Assembly: GCA_023511795.1 (NCBI GenBank)
Contig: JAIMAU010000006.1
Span: 77,730 to 141,729, forward strand
From: Armatimonadota bacterium
GTDB lineage: Bacteria; Armatimonadota; UBA5829; DTJY01
Direction: 5' to 3'
Length of the DNA stretch: 64,000 nucleotides
Shown: positions 20,157 through 31,090 of the stretch, piece after piece
Layout: each line of letters opens with the position of its first letter
How positions within the stretch are numbered: position 1 is the stretch's first letter
Program-made: the position numbers and the translations under genes
The notes under the pieces: model-generated
What the model was told of the DNA's origin: nothing
The model's input: only the letters and a program-made list of their open reading frames with translations
Database searches by the model: none

Positions 20157-21857
20157 TCAACTCCCCGTCTTTAGCGACTTTTCGATTTTTGCCCACGTAT
20201 CGCGAAGTGTAACTGTGCGGTTGAAAACCAACCTCTCGGGAGTAGAATCCTTGTCTACGCAAAAGTATCCTATGCGCTCAAATTGGTATTTCGTGCCGGG
20301 TTTCGAGCCAACAACGCTAGGTTCAACAAAGCAATCGGTCACCACAAGCGAATTTGGATTAAGGTTTGATAAATAACTTTGCCCAGGCTCCACATCATCT
20401 GGATCCGGCTTCAGGAATAGATGATCGTAGAGCCTTGCCTCAGCTTGGACAGCATGCCGGGCAGAAACCCAATGCAACGTTGCTTTTACCTTGCGGCCGT
20501 CGGGTGCATCTCCGCCGCGAGTAGCTGGGTCATACGTGCAGTGCAGTTCCTTTACTTCGCCATTTTTTTCTTTGACAACCTTTTCACACTTGATGAAATA
20601 AGCATTCCGAAGCCTTACCTCACGTCCGGGCGCTAATCGGAAGAATTTTGGCGGCGGCTCTTCACGAAAGTCATCGCGCTCGATATAAAGCTCGCGCGAG
20701 AACGGTACTTTGCGAGTTCCAGAGCTAGGGTCTTCCGGGTTGTTGATAACATCTAGCTCCTCAACTTGGTCTTCGGGATAATTAACCAAAACAACCTTGA
20801 GCGGATTCATTACCGCCATCCGTCGCTCTGCGCGTTTATTAAGATCATCTCGAATGCAATCCTCCAAAACGGCAATATCAACTACGCTCTCGGTTTTGGC
20901 AACCCCAATTCTCCTGCAGAACTCCCGAATTGCTTCGGGTGTATAGCCACGTCTTCGAAGACCGGCCAGCGTTGGCAGCCGAGGGTCATCATATCCATTT
21001 ACATAGCCGCCGTTTACAAGCTCGATAAACCGCCGCTTGCTCATAACGGTATAAGAGAGATTAAGGCGCGCAAATTCGATTTGTCGCGGATGATAAATCC
21101 CCAATTGATCAAGGAACCAATCATAAAGCGGGCGATGATTTTCGTATTCCAGTGAGCATAGGGAATGGGTAATTCCCTCGATTGAGTCTTCGAGGCCATG
21201 AGCCCAGTCATACATGGGATAAATGCACCATTTATTTCCCTGGCGGTGGTGGGCTTTGTGCATAATCCGATACATAACTGGGTCGCGCAAGTTCATGTTT
21301 GGCGAAGACATGTCAATCTTCGCCCGCAAGGTGCGCGCACCATCAGGAAATTCACCTGCCCGCATACGCTTGAAGAGGTCGAGGTTCTCTTCAACACTAC
21401 GATTACGATAGGGGCTTTCGATACCAGGCTCCGTTGGAGTACCTCGCGTTCTGCTAAGCTCTTCTGCAGAAAGGTCGCAAACATATGCCTTGCCTTTTTT
21501 TATAAGTTCAATTGCCCATTCATACATCTGCTCAAAGTAGTCCGAAGCAAAAAACAAGCGGTCACCCCAATCCACACCTAGCCAGCGAACATCCTCTATA
21601 ATGGCATCCACAAATTCTTTCTCTTCTGTTGCTGGATTGGTATCATCGAACCTAAGGTTGAAAAGCCCCCCAAACTCCTGCGCAATGCCATAGTTAATCC
21701 ACACAGCCTTAGCATGGCCGATATGCAAATAGGCATTCGGCTCAGGAGGAAATCGAGTATGAACGTGGTCAAACCGCCCACTACGAAGATCCTCTATTAT
21801 AGCCTCCCGGATAAAGTCGGTCGGGCTGTCGCTAGATACTTCTCTTTTTCCCTTCAT
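20157..21857 (-). CDS. glnS: Glutaminyl-tRNA synthetase
   Basis: [29 protein letters not shown]...NLRFDDTNP aligns closely with E. coli GlnRS. HIGH motif and VMSKR (KMSKS). C-terminal anticodon-binding barrel. Start MKGKRE at 21857 after a GGGAGA RBS (the track extension to 21944 is rejected). Confidence 0.9.
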   Translation of the reverse strand: MKGKREVSSDSPTDFIREAIIEDLRSGRFDHVHTRFPPEPNAYLHIGHAKAVWINYGIAQEFGGLFNLRFDDTNPATEEKEFVDAIIEDVRWLGVDWGDRLFFASDYFEQMYEWAIELIKKGKAYVCDLSAEELSRTRGTPTEPGIESPYRNRSVEENLDLFKRMRAGEFPDGARTLRAKIDMSSPNMNLRDPVMYRIMHKAHHRQGNKWCIYPMYDWAHGLEDSIEGITHSLCSLEYENHRPLYDWFLDQLGIYHPRQIEFARLNLSYTVMSKRRFIELVNGGYVNGYDDPRLPTLAGLRRRGYTPEAIREFCRRIGVAKTESVVDIAVLEDCIRDDLNKRAERRMAVMNPLKVVLVNYPEDQVEELDVINNPEDPSSGTRKVPFSRELYIERDDFREEPPPKFFRLAPGREVRLRNAYFIKCEKVVKEKNGEVKELHCTYDPATRGGDAPDGRKVKATLHWVSARHAVQAEARLYDHLFLKPDPDDVEPGQSYLSNLNPNSLVVTDCFVEPSVVGSKPGTKYQFERIGYFCVDKDSTPERLVFNRTVTLRDTWAKIEKSLKTGS

Positions 21858-22057
21858 TCCCAGGCAATCTCCCTTTTTTATAACCTGATCGCTTCTTATG
21901 ATAGCATTCTGGACAGAAAATTGCCAGAACCCGAAAAGTTTCATCTTTTATTTTGCCACCCAGCTTGCAAACTAATTGCGGCTAGAAGGATTGAGAGCGG
22001 GATAAGCGAATCTACCAATGTATGCAAATAAAGTCAACCACAAAGGAGCATTAGAAG

Positions 22058-23020
22058 ATGGTCAAGGAAATCAAAGTGCAGGAACTTGATCCCGAGCGCT
22101 TCATAAGCGAAAAGGTCAAAGAGATTAGAGATATAGTAGGCGATGGCATGGCAATTAACGCTCTTTCAGGAGGCGTAGATTCGTCAACAGTCACCATGCT
22201 AGGACACATTGCCTTAGGCGACCGACTAAAAACAGTTTTCATTGATAACGGCATTATGCGCGAAAACGAACCCAAAAACGTGCAAAGCCTATTTCGCGAA
22301 CTTGGAGTAAAGGTTGACATAGTCGACGCTCGAAACGAGTTCTTTACAGCCCTCAAAGGAATCACCGATCCAGAAGAAAAGCGTGAAGCGATCACTCAGA
22401 CCTTTTATAAAAAGGTATTCGGCCGAATTGTGAAGGAAAGCGGGGCAAAATACTTGCTCCAGGGCACGATTCTAACCGATGTTGATGAAACGGTTGCAGG
22501 CATCAAACGCCAGCACAACGTTTTCGAGCAACTTGGCATCGACCCACAGTCAGCATTTGGCTATAAAATCATTGAGCCACTTATCCAACTCAGAAAAGAT
22601 GGGGTTCGCAAGCTAGCAGAAGCATTGGGACTGCCAGCCAAGGTATATGAGCGCATTCCATTCCCAGGCCCTGCATTAGCTGCTCGCGTGATTGGCGAGG
22701 TTACGCCCGAGCGTATAGAAACTGTAAGAAAAGCGACAGCCATTGTCGAGCGCCTGCTAATAGAAACCGGCGCGTTTCAGTATATGGCTATTCTCCATGA
22801 GGATAAGGTTACAGGCATTCGTAATGGGAAGCGCGAATTTGGCCAGCAAATAGAAATTCGATGTTGGGACAGCGTTGATGCGCGAATCGCCACTCCTACA
22901 AGACTTTCCTTTGACATACTAGAGAAATTAGCCTTTGAAATCACAAGCAAGGTGCCCGGCGTGGTGAGTGTAACATACAACATTACGCCGAAACCACCTT
23001 CCACTATTGAGGCAGTCTGA
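22058..23020 (+). CDS. GMP synthase-like ATP pyrophosphatase domain protein (PP-loop plus dimerisation domain, no GATase domain)
   Basis: PP-loop SGGVDSST. FIDNGIMRENE, DPEEKREAITQTFY, QGTILTDVDE and IKRQHNV motifs match the GuaA C-terminal half. IEPL...RKDGVR and PFPGP match the dimerisation domain. Confidence 0.7.
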   Translation: MVKEIKVQELDPERFISEKVKEIRDIVGDGMAINALSGGVDSSTVTMLGHIALGDRLKTVFIDNGIMRENEPKNVQSLFRELGVKVDIVDARNEFFTALKGITDPEEKREAITQTFYKKVFGRIVKESGAKYLLQGTILTDVDETVAGIKRQHNVFEQLGIDPQSAFGYKIIEPLIQLRKDGVRKLAEALGLPAKVYERIPFPGPALAARVIGEVTPERIETVRKATAIVERLLIETGAFQYMAILHEDKVTGIRNGKREFGQQIEIRCWDSVDARIATPTRLSFDILEKLAFEITSKVPGVVSVTYNITPKPPSTIEAV

Positions 23021-23139
23021 GCAAGAAGATGCAGGCTATTAGGACGAGGTCCTACGAGACGCAGCATTGGATTGCGTAATCCAAAGCCTTTCCTTAACAG
23101 GCGTCCGTTGTGAAATCCCTTAGGAAGGATGATTAATAA

Positions 23140-24333
23140 ATGGCAGAAAAGGTTAGAATAGGCATCGTTGGCGTTGGGTCACGCGGGATTGGTCTCTTAA
23201 GCATTTTGCTCCAATTCCCAAACACAGAAATCCGAGCAATCTGCGACGTCAACGACTTTGCCGTTAGAAATGCCCTAGACATAATTGAGCGAAAGGCCGG
23301 CATCAGAGCGGACGCGCACAAAGATTGGCGCAACCTATGCGACCGAGACGACCTGGATGCGGTAGTAATTGCTACTCAATGGGAATGGCATGCACAAATC
23401 GCAATTGGCGCAATGAAGGCCGGCAAATATGTAGGAGTAGAAGTCCCTGCATGCATGACAATCGAAGAATGCCATGAGCTTATAAAAATATCAGAGCAGA
23501 CCAGCATGCCCTGCATGATGCTAGAAAACGTAAACTACCTCCGCAGTGTGCTTGCCATTACGAGAATGGTGCGAGAGGGAATCTTCGGTGAGTTGATTTA
23601 TGCTGAAGCAGGCTATCAGCATGACTGCCGCTCGCTGGCTTTTACAGAAGATGGACATCTCACTTGGCGCGGGCATTTCTTTGCAGAAAAGAACGGCAAT
23701 CAGTATCCTACCCATGCCATTGGGCCTATCGCATGGTGGCTCAACATCAATAGAGGTGACCGATTTGTCCGTCTGAGAAGTGTGAGCTCGAAGTCTCGTG
23801 GGCTGAGGGAATACGCACGGGCGAAGTTTGGGCCCGACCATCCGCTCGCTAACCGCGAATATGCCCAGGGTGATATCAATACAACTATCCTCGAGACCGC
23901 AAACGGCGTGACTGTAACTCTCTACTTCGATGTATGTTCGCCCCGCCCTTATGACCCCATCTTCCGCCTGCAGGGAACAAAGGGAATTTGCGAGGGAAGC
24001 GCTGAACGAATCCACATCGAAGGAATGTCACCCAAAGACCAGTGGGAACCCTTAAGTTCGTATTTGGAAAAGTATGACCACCCACTTTGGAAAAGCATGG
24101 AGTCAGAAGCGCTTAGAAATGCTGGCCATGGTGGTTGCGATTATGTAGTAATGCATGAATTTGTAAAAGCAGTTCGCAATCGCACACAAACACCCCAAGA
24201 TGTCTACGATGCAGTAACCTGGAGTGCGATTATCCCGCTTTCCTTCGAGTCAGTAAAAAATGGCGGCACACCTGTGGAATTCCCCGATTTCACATCTGGC
24301 AGGTGGAAAACCACCCTGCCACTCTCGGTTTAA
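23140..24333 (+). CDS. Gfo/Idh/MocA-family NAD(P)-dependent oxidoreductase
   Basis: N-terminal Rossmann motif RIGIVGVGSRG. EKP-like region. 397 aa. Typical of sugar dehydrogenases and GH109-like proteins. Confidence 0.75.
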   Translation: MAEKVRIGIVGVGSRGIGLLSILLQFPNTEIRAICDVNDFAVRNALDIIERKAGIRADAHKDWRNLCDRDDLDAVVIATQWEWHAQIAIGAMKAGKYVGVEVPACMTIEECHELIKISEQTSMPCMMLENVNYLRSVLAITRMVREGIFGELIYAEAGYQHDCRSLAFTEDGHLTWRGHFFAEKNGNQYPTHAIGPIAWWLNINRGDRFVRLRSVSSKSRGLREYARAKFGPDHPLANREYAQGDINTTILETANGVTVTLYFDVCSPRPYDPIFRLQGTKGICEGSAERIHIEGMSPKDQWEPLSSYLEKYDHPLWKSMESEALRNAGHGGCDYVVMHEFVKAVRNRTQTPQDVYDAVTWSAIIPLSFESVKNGGTPVEFPDFTSGRWKTTLPLSV

Positions 24334-24541
24334 AGCGCTGACGCCTATAAAACCAATTTTCCCAACACAAAACCGTAAAAAATCAACCATCCACACTCTC
24401 CAAGAGTGGTATAGGTGAGCATTGCAAAAGCAATGATATGTCGGTACAATAAACAAGAAACCTATGTCAAAGCTACCTAAAACCTTTAGTACTGCTAATC
24501 AGCTATCAACAACGAACCACTGATCACTAAAAGGACACACC

Positions 24542-25744
24542 ATGAAGCTAGGAATTGACGAATTACTTCGGAATCGAACTTTACAAAAGGCTATCGAAGG
24601 CAAAAGGCTAGCTCTTCTTGGGCATCCTGCTTCCGTAACGCATGACTGCATGCATACTTTGGATGTGCTGTTCGAATTACCGGGCTTGAAAGTTATTGCG
24701 GCATTTGGGCCACAGCATGGAATGCGCGGCGATAAGCAAGACAACATGATAGAATCGGAGGACTATATCGACCCAAGGTTTGGCATTCCTGTTTTCAGCC
24801 TATACGGAGAAGTTCGCCGCCCGACCAGCGCCATGTTGGACGTGTTCGACATACTCATTGTTGACCTTCAAGACGTGGGCACGCGAATTTACACATTTGT
24901 TACAACTATGACGTATATGCTTGAGGCCTGCGCTGAACACAAGAAAAGCATGTGGGTGCTTGACAGGCCAAACCCTGCTGGCCGCCCAATCGAAGGAACA
25001 ATTCTCGAACCTGGTTGGGAAAGTTTTATCGGATGTGGCCCGCTCATCATGCGCCACGGCCTTACCGTTGGTGAGATTGCCCGTTGGTATGCAGACCTCA
25101 AACATCTTGATTTGGACCTGAGAGTCGTTCCAATGGAAGGTTACAACCCCAACGAAGCACCGGGGTACGGATGGCCGATTCTAGAACTATCATGGGTCAA
25201 TCCTAGTCCAAATGCTTCCAGCCTAAACATGGCTCGTTGCTTCCCCGGAACAGTGCTTTTCGAGGGCACAACGCTCTCCGAAGGGCGAGGCACCACAACT
25301 CCGCTTGAGGTCATAGGCGCTCCAGATATTGATTTCGAGCGAATACTTAAACGCATGCGCTCCCTCGCACCAGAATGGCTACAGGGATGCTTTATCCGAC
25401 CGTGCTTCTTCGAGCCAACCTTCCACAAGCACGTCGGCAAACTCTGCTCAGGCATACAAATCCACACGGATAACGATCACTATAAGCACGACCACTTCAG
25501 ACCATATCGGATTGGCGCACTCGCGCTTAAAGCCATTCGGCTTGAATACCCCGACTATGAAATATGGCACAACCTTCCCTATGAGTATGAAACCGAGCGC
25601 CTAGCAATTGACCTACTATCAGGCGGCACATTCCTGCGCGAGTGGGTGGACAATCCGAGCAGTACACCAGCAGACTTTGAGGCTCGTCTTTGTCCTGATG
25701 AGCAAGCTTGGGCTGAAATCCGTAAACCATACTTGCTATATTGA
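24542..25744 (+). CDS. DUF1343-family protein (NamZ/YbbC-like exo-beta-N-acetylmuramidase family)
   Basis: FGPQHGMRGDKQDN, PVFSLYGEVRRPT, ILIVDLQDVGTRIYTFVTTM and VLDRPNP match the DUF1343 conserved blocks. Confidence 0.7.
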   Translation: MKLGIDELLRNRTLQKAIEGKRLALLGHPASVTHDCMHTLDVLFELPGLKVIAAFGPQHGMRGDKQDNMIESEDYIDPRFGIPVFSLYGEVRRPTSAMLDVFDILIVDLQDVGTRIYTFVTTMTYMLEACAEHKKSMWVLDRPNPAGRPIEGTILEPGWESFIGCGPLIMRHGLTVGEIARWYADLKHLDLDLRVVPMEGYNPNEAPGYGWPILELSWVNPSPNASSLNMARCFPGTVLFEGTTLSEGRGTTTPLEVIGAPDIDFERILKRMRSLAPEWLQGCFIRPCFFEPTFHKHVGKLCSGIQIHTDNDHYKHDHFRPYRIGALALKAIRLEYPDYEIWHNLPYEYETERLAIDLLSGGTFLREWVDNPSSTPADFEARLCPDEQAWAEIRKPYLLY

Positions 25745-25865
25745 AAGCTACTTGCATCCATACACAACCAAATCATAAAAGACAATACCGCCAAACAGCG
25801 GAGGAGTTCGCAGCTCTTTCTAACAAATATAAGAAAAAATACGACATCCAAGGAGACGACTTGCC

Positions 25866-28556
25866 ATGCCCAAGTCGATGATTATGCTAATAATATTATG
25901 CCTCACTATAGCAGCGGCCAATGCAGTCGAAAGAAGCCCCTACGGTGGCTGGACCGCGCTGAAGGGGAAAGCCACCTGTTTCTTTCATGTCGAGAAAATC
26001 GGCGATAAGTGGTGGTGCATTGACCCATCCGGAGCAGCGTTCTACGCAATAGGAACCGACCACTGCAACTACAATGTCCATTGGTGTGAAGCGCTAGGTT
26101 ATGCTCCGTATGCTCAGAATGTCCGCAAAAAATATAACAACGATGAATCTGCCTGGGCGAAGTCGGCAACCGACCGCTTGAAACAGTGGAACTTCAATGC
26201 CCTTGGTGCAAACAACTCACCATCAACTCGAGGGCGCGGCCTTGCGTATATGGAATTCTGCGGCCTTGGCGCGGATTACGCTGGGAAAGATCCCCTTGTA
26301 CAACGCGTCCATTGGACCGGCTTCCCAAACGTCTTCAACCCTGCGTTCGAAAAATACTGCGAAGAAAGAGCACAAGCGCAGTGTGCACCACTAAAGGACG
26401 ACCCCTGGCTTTTCGGATGGTTTCTTGACAACGAACTCGAGTGGTATGGCAAAGGTGGCGGCGATGCTGGCCTTGCAAATGAAGCAATAAAACGCCCTGC
26501 GAACCATGAGGGCAAAAAAGCACTTGTAGAGCTTCTTAAGAAAAAATACCAAAAAATCCAAGAATTCAATGCCGCATGGGGAACATCGTTTAACAATTGG
26601 GAGGAAGCGCTCAATTCTTCGAATTGGAACGAACTTGCAACTGAAAAAGTCTTTCAAGACAAAATCGAATTTGTCCGTCTTTGCGCTGAGAGGTACTTCG
26701 CCATTACAACGAAAGCCATTCGAAAGGCAGACCCAAATCACATGATACTTGGCTGTCGATTCGCAGGAAATGCACCGCCAATTTGGGATATCGCTGGAAA
26801 GTACTGCGACATAGTAACTTTCAACATCTACGGCCAGGTTGATTTACAAAAGCTAGAGCCGATTGGCTTAGTGGAGACTATTACAAAGTGGCATAAGCAG
26901 GCAAAGCGTCCGATGATGGTAACCGAGTGGAGCTTCCCTGCGTTGGATTCCGGTCTTCCCTGCCGTGCAGGAGCAGGCATGCGAGTTCGAACCCAAGCCG
27001 AGAAAGCAAAATGCTTCGAGGTATACCAAAAAACTTTCTTTTCCCTACCCTTCATGGTAGGAAGCGACTACTTTATGTGGGTGGACGAACCTGCCCTTGG
27101 AATTTCAAAAAACTTCCCAGAAGATAGCAACTATGGGCTCGTGGATGTAAACGATGAACCCTGGAAACTTTTCACAGATACCGTGGCCAAAGTAAACGCC
27201 AAAGTATACGAAATTCACAGCGGGCGCACATCCGAGCTAAGCATAACCGGCGTGGAAATTGCTGATGCAGAGGGTGGCAAGGAAGCACAAATTAAAATCA
27301 AGAACACCGGGGTAATTGATGCAAAGTCGCCCGTATTAGTAAGAGTCGACGACAGACAAGTGAAGCCAACCTTATCAATCCCGGCGGGAGGTTACGGATA
27401 TGTTCAAGTTAAGTATCCTCTGAAGCCGGGGGCACACTACATCGAAGCGGAAGCTGACCCCGATGGCTTGCTAAACGAAGTCAAACTAGGCGACAACCGA
27501 ATATCGAAGTTTATCTACGTTCCCGGCGCCTTTGGTAGAAAAAAGGGCATCCCCATCGGAATCTTCGGAAAGTCTGCTGGCAAGTTTACGATTTCTATTC
27601 CCCTTTCAAAGGCATCCAGCCTCTTAAAGAAAGGCATACCCCCCGAGCAACTAAAATTGATGGATGCGGAGGGCATGACAGTCCAAGCTGAGATATTTGA
27701 TCTCGACAACTCAGGAACAGTGACAGCGGCGGATGAGTTGGCATTCGAAATCCAAGTCCCTGCATCCCAACCGCAGACATTATTTCTAGAGATCGCACCA
27801 AAGCCCTGCGATAGTGATATCACAATAATCAAACCAAGGAAAGCACACTCGTTTAATCATGGTAGCAAAGGGCTTAGAATTACAAAAGCATTCAATAGTG
27901 GTAAGGCGATAGACGCTGTTAATCTTGATGACATGCCAATGGGTTCATTTGAAGTACTTATCCAGCAGGTTGCCGGCGACACGTGGTGGGACCGTCCAGA
28001 CTGCACCGAAGAGTTGGTCATTTGGGCTGGATCAACGCGTACAAGATGCGAGGTGACGTTGAGCAGAAAAACACCTGGCACTGTCTCAGGTCCATTCGCC
28101 TTCTGCACAAAATACGCTTTTGAATTTTTTCCAAAGAAAAACTGGTTCACCGCTCGGTTTATATCTCTTACGAACACCGACAACCGGCCGTGGACGATGG
28201 AGAGTTACTTCTACTATCCACAGTCGGCTATTGGCGGGAGTATGGAGGATGACGAGGTGGGACTTGTCGGAGCATGTGGGACGGGCGCTTGGATTGATCA
28301 GAAGGCAGGCGGATGCTACGGAATCATTGCACCTTCCTCATCGGGTGTGACAGTCTATTTCTGGAAGGACGATGCTGGCAACGAACACGCAGACGCAAGA
28401 AAAACAACAAGCAAGTTGTTAAAGCCAGGAGAGACTTTTGCCCAACCTGGCGAGCCAGTATTCATATTCTGTGCAACGACAAAGAATGACCCGGAGCCAT
28501 GGAAGGCGTTTGAACAGGAGATTGGATTACTGCCAAAATGGGAAATATTCCGATAG
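25866..28556 (+). CDS. Secreted putative glycoside hydrolase-like protein (896 aa) with C-terminal beta-sandwich domains
   Basis: Signal peptide MPKSMIMLIILCLTIAAANA. TIM-barrel-like core (MMVTEWSFPALDSG, DYFMWVDEP). Paralogous to the genes at 1..2511 and 2683..4350. Confidence 0.5.
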   Translation: MPKSMIMLIILCLTIAAANAVERSPYGGWTALKGKATCFFHVEKIGDKWWCIDPSGAAFYAIGTDHCNYNVHWCEALGYAPYAQNVRKKYNNDESAWAKSATDRLKQWNFNALGANNSPSTRGRGLAYMEFCGLGADYAGKDPLVQRVHWTGFPNVFNPAFEKYCEERAQAQCAPLKDDPWLFGWFLDNELEWYGKGGGDAGLANEAIKRPANHEGKKALVELLKKKYQKIQEFNAAWGTSFNNWEEALNSSNWNELATEKVFQDKIEFVRLCAERYFAITTKAIRKADPNHMILGCRFAGNAPPIWDIAGKYCDIVTFNIYGQVDLQKLEPIGLVETITKWHKQAKRPMMVTEWSFPALDSGLPCRAGAGMRVRTQAEKAKCFEVYQKTFFSLPFMVGSDYFMWVDEPALGISKNFPEDSNYGLVDVNDEPWKLFTDTVAKVNAKVYEIHSGRTSELSITGVEIADAEGGKEAQIKIKNTGVIDAKSPVLVRVDDRQVKPTLSIPAGGYGYVQVKYPLKPGAHYIEAEADPDGLLNEVKLGDNRISKFIYVPGAFGRKKGIPIGIFGKSAGKFTISIPLSKASSLLKKGIPPEQLKLMDAEGMTVQAEIFDLDNSGTVTAADELAFEIQVPASQPQTLFLEIAPKPCDSDITIIKPRKAHSFNHGSKGLRITKAFNSGKAIDAVNLDDMPMGSFEVLIQQVAGDTWWDRPDCTEELVIWAGSTRTRCEVTLSRKTPGTVSGPFAFCTKYAFEFFPKKNWFTARFISLTNTDNRPWTMESYFYYPQSAIGGSMEDDEVGLVGACGTGAWIDQKAGGCYGIIAPSSSGVTVYFWKDDAGNEHADARKTTSKLLKPGETFAQPGEPVFIFCATTKNDPEPWKAFEQEIGLLPKWEIFR

Positions 28557-28604
28557 AAGAGGCTGGTCGACAAAATCGTTCTTTTCACTCTTGATTTGTG
28601 AAAA

Positions 28605-30410
28605 TTACTGTGTAAGTCCTCGAGAAGCTGAGGCGTCAAAATCCCGCTTATTTGTTTGGCAATCTTCACCAAACGCTATGCGCATTAGATTGGTGGCAGC
28701 ATTCAAAAGGATGGCACCTCTAGCGGCGTCAGGATCGTCCACGATCAATCGCCATATGCCAGATTCAGTCCGAGAGCCACGTGCGAAGATAAACGCTTTG
28801 TCGCTATCATCCTCAAGCTCAATTCGCCAACCGCCGGTTTCGTCGCCGGTCCGCTTCTCCACTTGGTCTGTCCCCTCAAAGTTGACGAACCGGTAGGAAC
28901 GATAACTGGTTGATAACAAGGGCCAAATCTTGCGCACAAAGAGATCCTCCATGCGAGCCTTTATTTCGCCATGAGGCAAGGCAGATCCTTCTATGCGCAG
29001 CATGCGATTGAAGTGCTGAGGTAGGATAGCAAGTATCCCAGGCAGACGAAGCTTACCATTCGGCGGAGTAAAGCCGTTTCTTGTGAAGGCCCACCACAGT
29101 TGTTCTGCCAGTTTCGGTTCCTCATCACCAAGAGCCGCACACAAGGCAGTCTGAAGGCCATCACGACAGGTAGATTCCCCGAATATCGTTCCACCATTTG
29201 GCCCCTCAACGCCAACAGGCACATCATACCCATTTCGACGCAGTTGGTGCATCTTGGTGACGACATTGATTTCACCGGTCTCAACCATAAAAACCTCTGC
29301 GCCGAATATGCGAGCAACTTTTTCAGAAATGCCAGAGGTTGCATCCGAGACAACAACCGCCAATTTTCCGCCATGTTTGCCCGAGCTCTCCCTATGCGCA
29401 AGTACAAGAGCGATGTTCATTGCCGCTACTTTTTGGGGATGAATGATTGCATCTTCATCATTACCAGGCAAGACGATGTTCCCGCGGTCAGCATCATAAT
29501 CGAACGCAATTCCAAACCTTGCATTCCTCCGCTGGGCAGCGCGGGAAATTCTTAAAAGCATATGGCGACCGCTGGCCGGGTCAACGCCATCAGTATCAAT
29601 TGAATGCTCTGGATAGCCAATTTCAGCATTCTCTTCGATGGCCCGCACGCCGAAGTGCTCAAGAACCCTGGCACCGATTCCGCACGCAGCACCACCGTTC
29701 GGGTCGAGGAGCGCCGGACCTAAGGTAAGGGGTTTTAGACAATGTGGTATAATCCCCCATTCTTTCCCAATGGTGTCAAGATAGCCACGTTCTGCCCTTA
29801 CTCGGTGAAAGCTATTACTTATGACTACTTGAGCAATGCTTTTTTCATCAATTTTATTAATTGAGGTTAGGAAATCGGCGACATCTCCGTCGGCAATTTT
29901 GCGTACCTGCTTTACAATAGCCGCCATAGTGTATGCAGATAAGAGTGCACCAGGTGGAGCATTTCTTGAATCCGTCATTCGAACACCGGTGAGAAATTTG
30001 AACCCATTGTCGGTCAGCGGGTTATGGCTGGCTGTGATCATAACCCCGCCAGATGCTTTCAGGACTCGAACAGCTGTCTCAAGAATCGGGGTAGTAATGA
30101 TGTCCAAATTGAGGATTTTTAGACGGCTTCTCGTGGAAACAGCCCCTGCAAGAAATCCACAGATAAGGGCCGAAGCAATGGCCTCGCCCGTTGGCCTGGG
30201 GTCTCTGCCTATTAGAAGCGTTCCCCGTGTTGTTCCCCCAAGTACATGCCTTGAATAAGCAAAACCATATGCTATTGCAAGTGCTTCCTGAGCGTCCGAT
30301 ATCCCTGGCCCACTTCCAAAAGAAGTTCGGACACCTGAAAATGACTGTACCAGAGAAGAATCCGCAAGCGCTTCGCTCAGAAGTCTTATAATAGACTCGC
30401 TAACTTTCAT
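28605..30410 (-). CDS. Phosphoglucomutase/phosphomannomutase-family protein
   Basis: GGVMITASHNPLTDNGFKF contains the phosphoserine-loop TASHNP motif. 601 aa, with four-domain PGM/PMM architecture. Confidence 0.75.
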   Translation of the reverse strand: MKVSESIIRLLSEALADSSLVQSFSGVRTSFGSGPGISDAQEALAIAYGFAYSRHVLGGTTRGTLLIGRDPRPTGEAIASALICGFLAGAVSTRSRLKILNLDIITTPILETAVRVLKASGGVMITASHNPLTDNGFKFLTGVRMTDSRNAPPGALLSAYTMAAIVKQVRKIADGDVADFLTSINKIDEKSIAQVVISNSFHRVRAERGYLDTIGKEWGIIPHCLKPLTLGPALLDPNGGAACGIGARVLEHFGVRAIEENAEIGYPEHSIDTDGVDPASGRHMLLRISRAAQRRNARFGIAFDYDADRGNIVLPGNDEDAIIHPQKVAAMNIALVLAHRESSGKHGGKLAVVVSDATSGISEKVARIFGAEVFMVETGEINVVTKMHQLRRNGYDVPVGVEGPNGGTIFGESTCRDGLQTALCAALGDEEPKLAEQLWWAFTRNGFTPPNGKLRLPGILAILPQHFNRMLRIEGSALPHGEIKARMEDLFVRKIWPLLSTSYRSYRFVNFEGTDQVEKRTGDETGGWRIELEDDSDKAFIFARGSRTESGIWRLIVDDPDAARGAILLNAATNLMRIAFGEDCQTNKRDFDASASRGLTQ

Positions 30411-30472
30411 ATCTACTCCGACCTTAGTTTATCGAAAAACAAGGTCAGATGTCTAGATTCTCACACATAAAC

Positions 30473-31090
30473 TCACTGAGGACCCCTGAAAACGGAAAAG
30501 GTGGGTACAAGTAGTGCTTTGCTAACAATTTCGGCAATTATAAGGCCCAACACAAAAGAAGCGCCTATTTTTGCACCTTGAACTCGACTGGCATATCGGT
30601 AGCCATGAAAGAGGATTACAATCGACCATATAGACAAGCCAACAATCACAAGAAGACTAATAAGAAGCAGAGGTGTCATCATCTCCTCTGGCCGAACCAC
30701 AACTTGGCCGCGCGCCAAAGTAACCGCTGCCAAAAAGACCTTTCTCACGGCAGGTTGAGCAATGACAAGCGCCGCAATTATATAGGGGAAGCGTGCTAAC
30801 CCTGCCGCCGCTAGATGTGCACCAATACCCCCATTTCCTCTAAAAATTTTTGACGCTAAAAAAAGGAAAACTCCAAGACTCAACCAGGCAATCAAAGATT
30901 CGGAAATCAGCAAGCCGGCTGGCGAAGTCCCTGCCGTTATGTGCATATCTAGCGCTCCATCGAGATGAACCTGCCCAAAAACTGCTACTACAGTTAAGGC
31001 AATTATGATGAGCAATCCTATTACAAATCCTTTGCCTTTACCCAAAATTGCAAGCGGATTGTAAAGAATTCTCCAATCCATTACAAACAC
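30473..31090 (-). CDS. Polytopic membrane protein (Yip1-domain-like)
   Basis: 205 aa with five or six hydrophobic helices. No catalytic motif. Confidence 0.4.
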   Translation of the reverse strand: MFVMDWRILYNPLAILGKGKGFVIGLLIIIALTVVAVFGQVHLDGALDMHITAGTSPAGLLISESLIAWLSLGVFLFLASKIFRGNGGIGAHLAAAGLARFPYIIAALVIAQPAVRKVFLAAVTLARGQVVVRPEEMMTPLLLISLLVIVGLSIWSIVILFHGYRYASRVQGAKIGASFVLGLIIAEIVSKALLVPTFSVFRGPQ

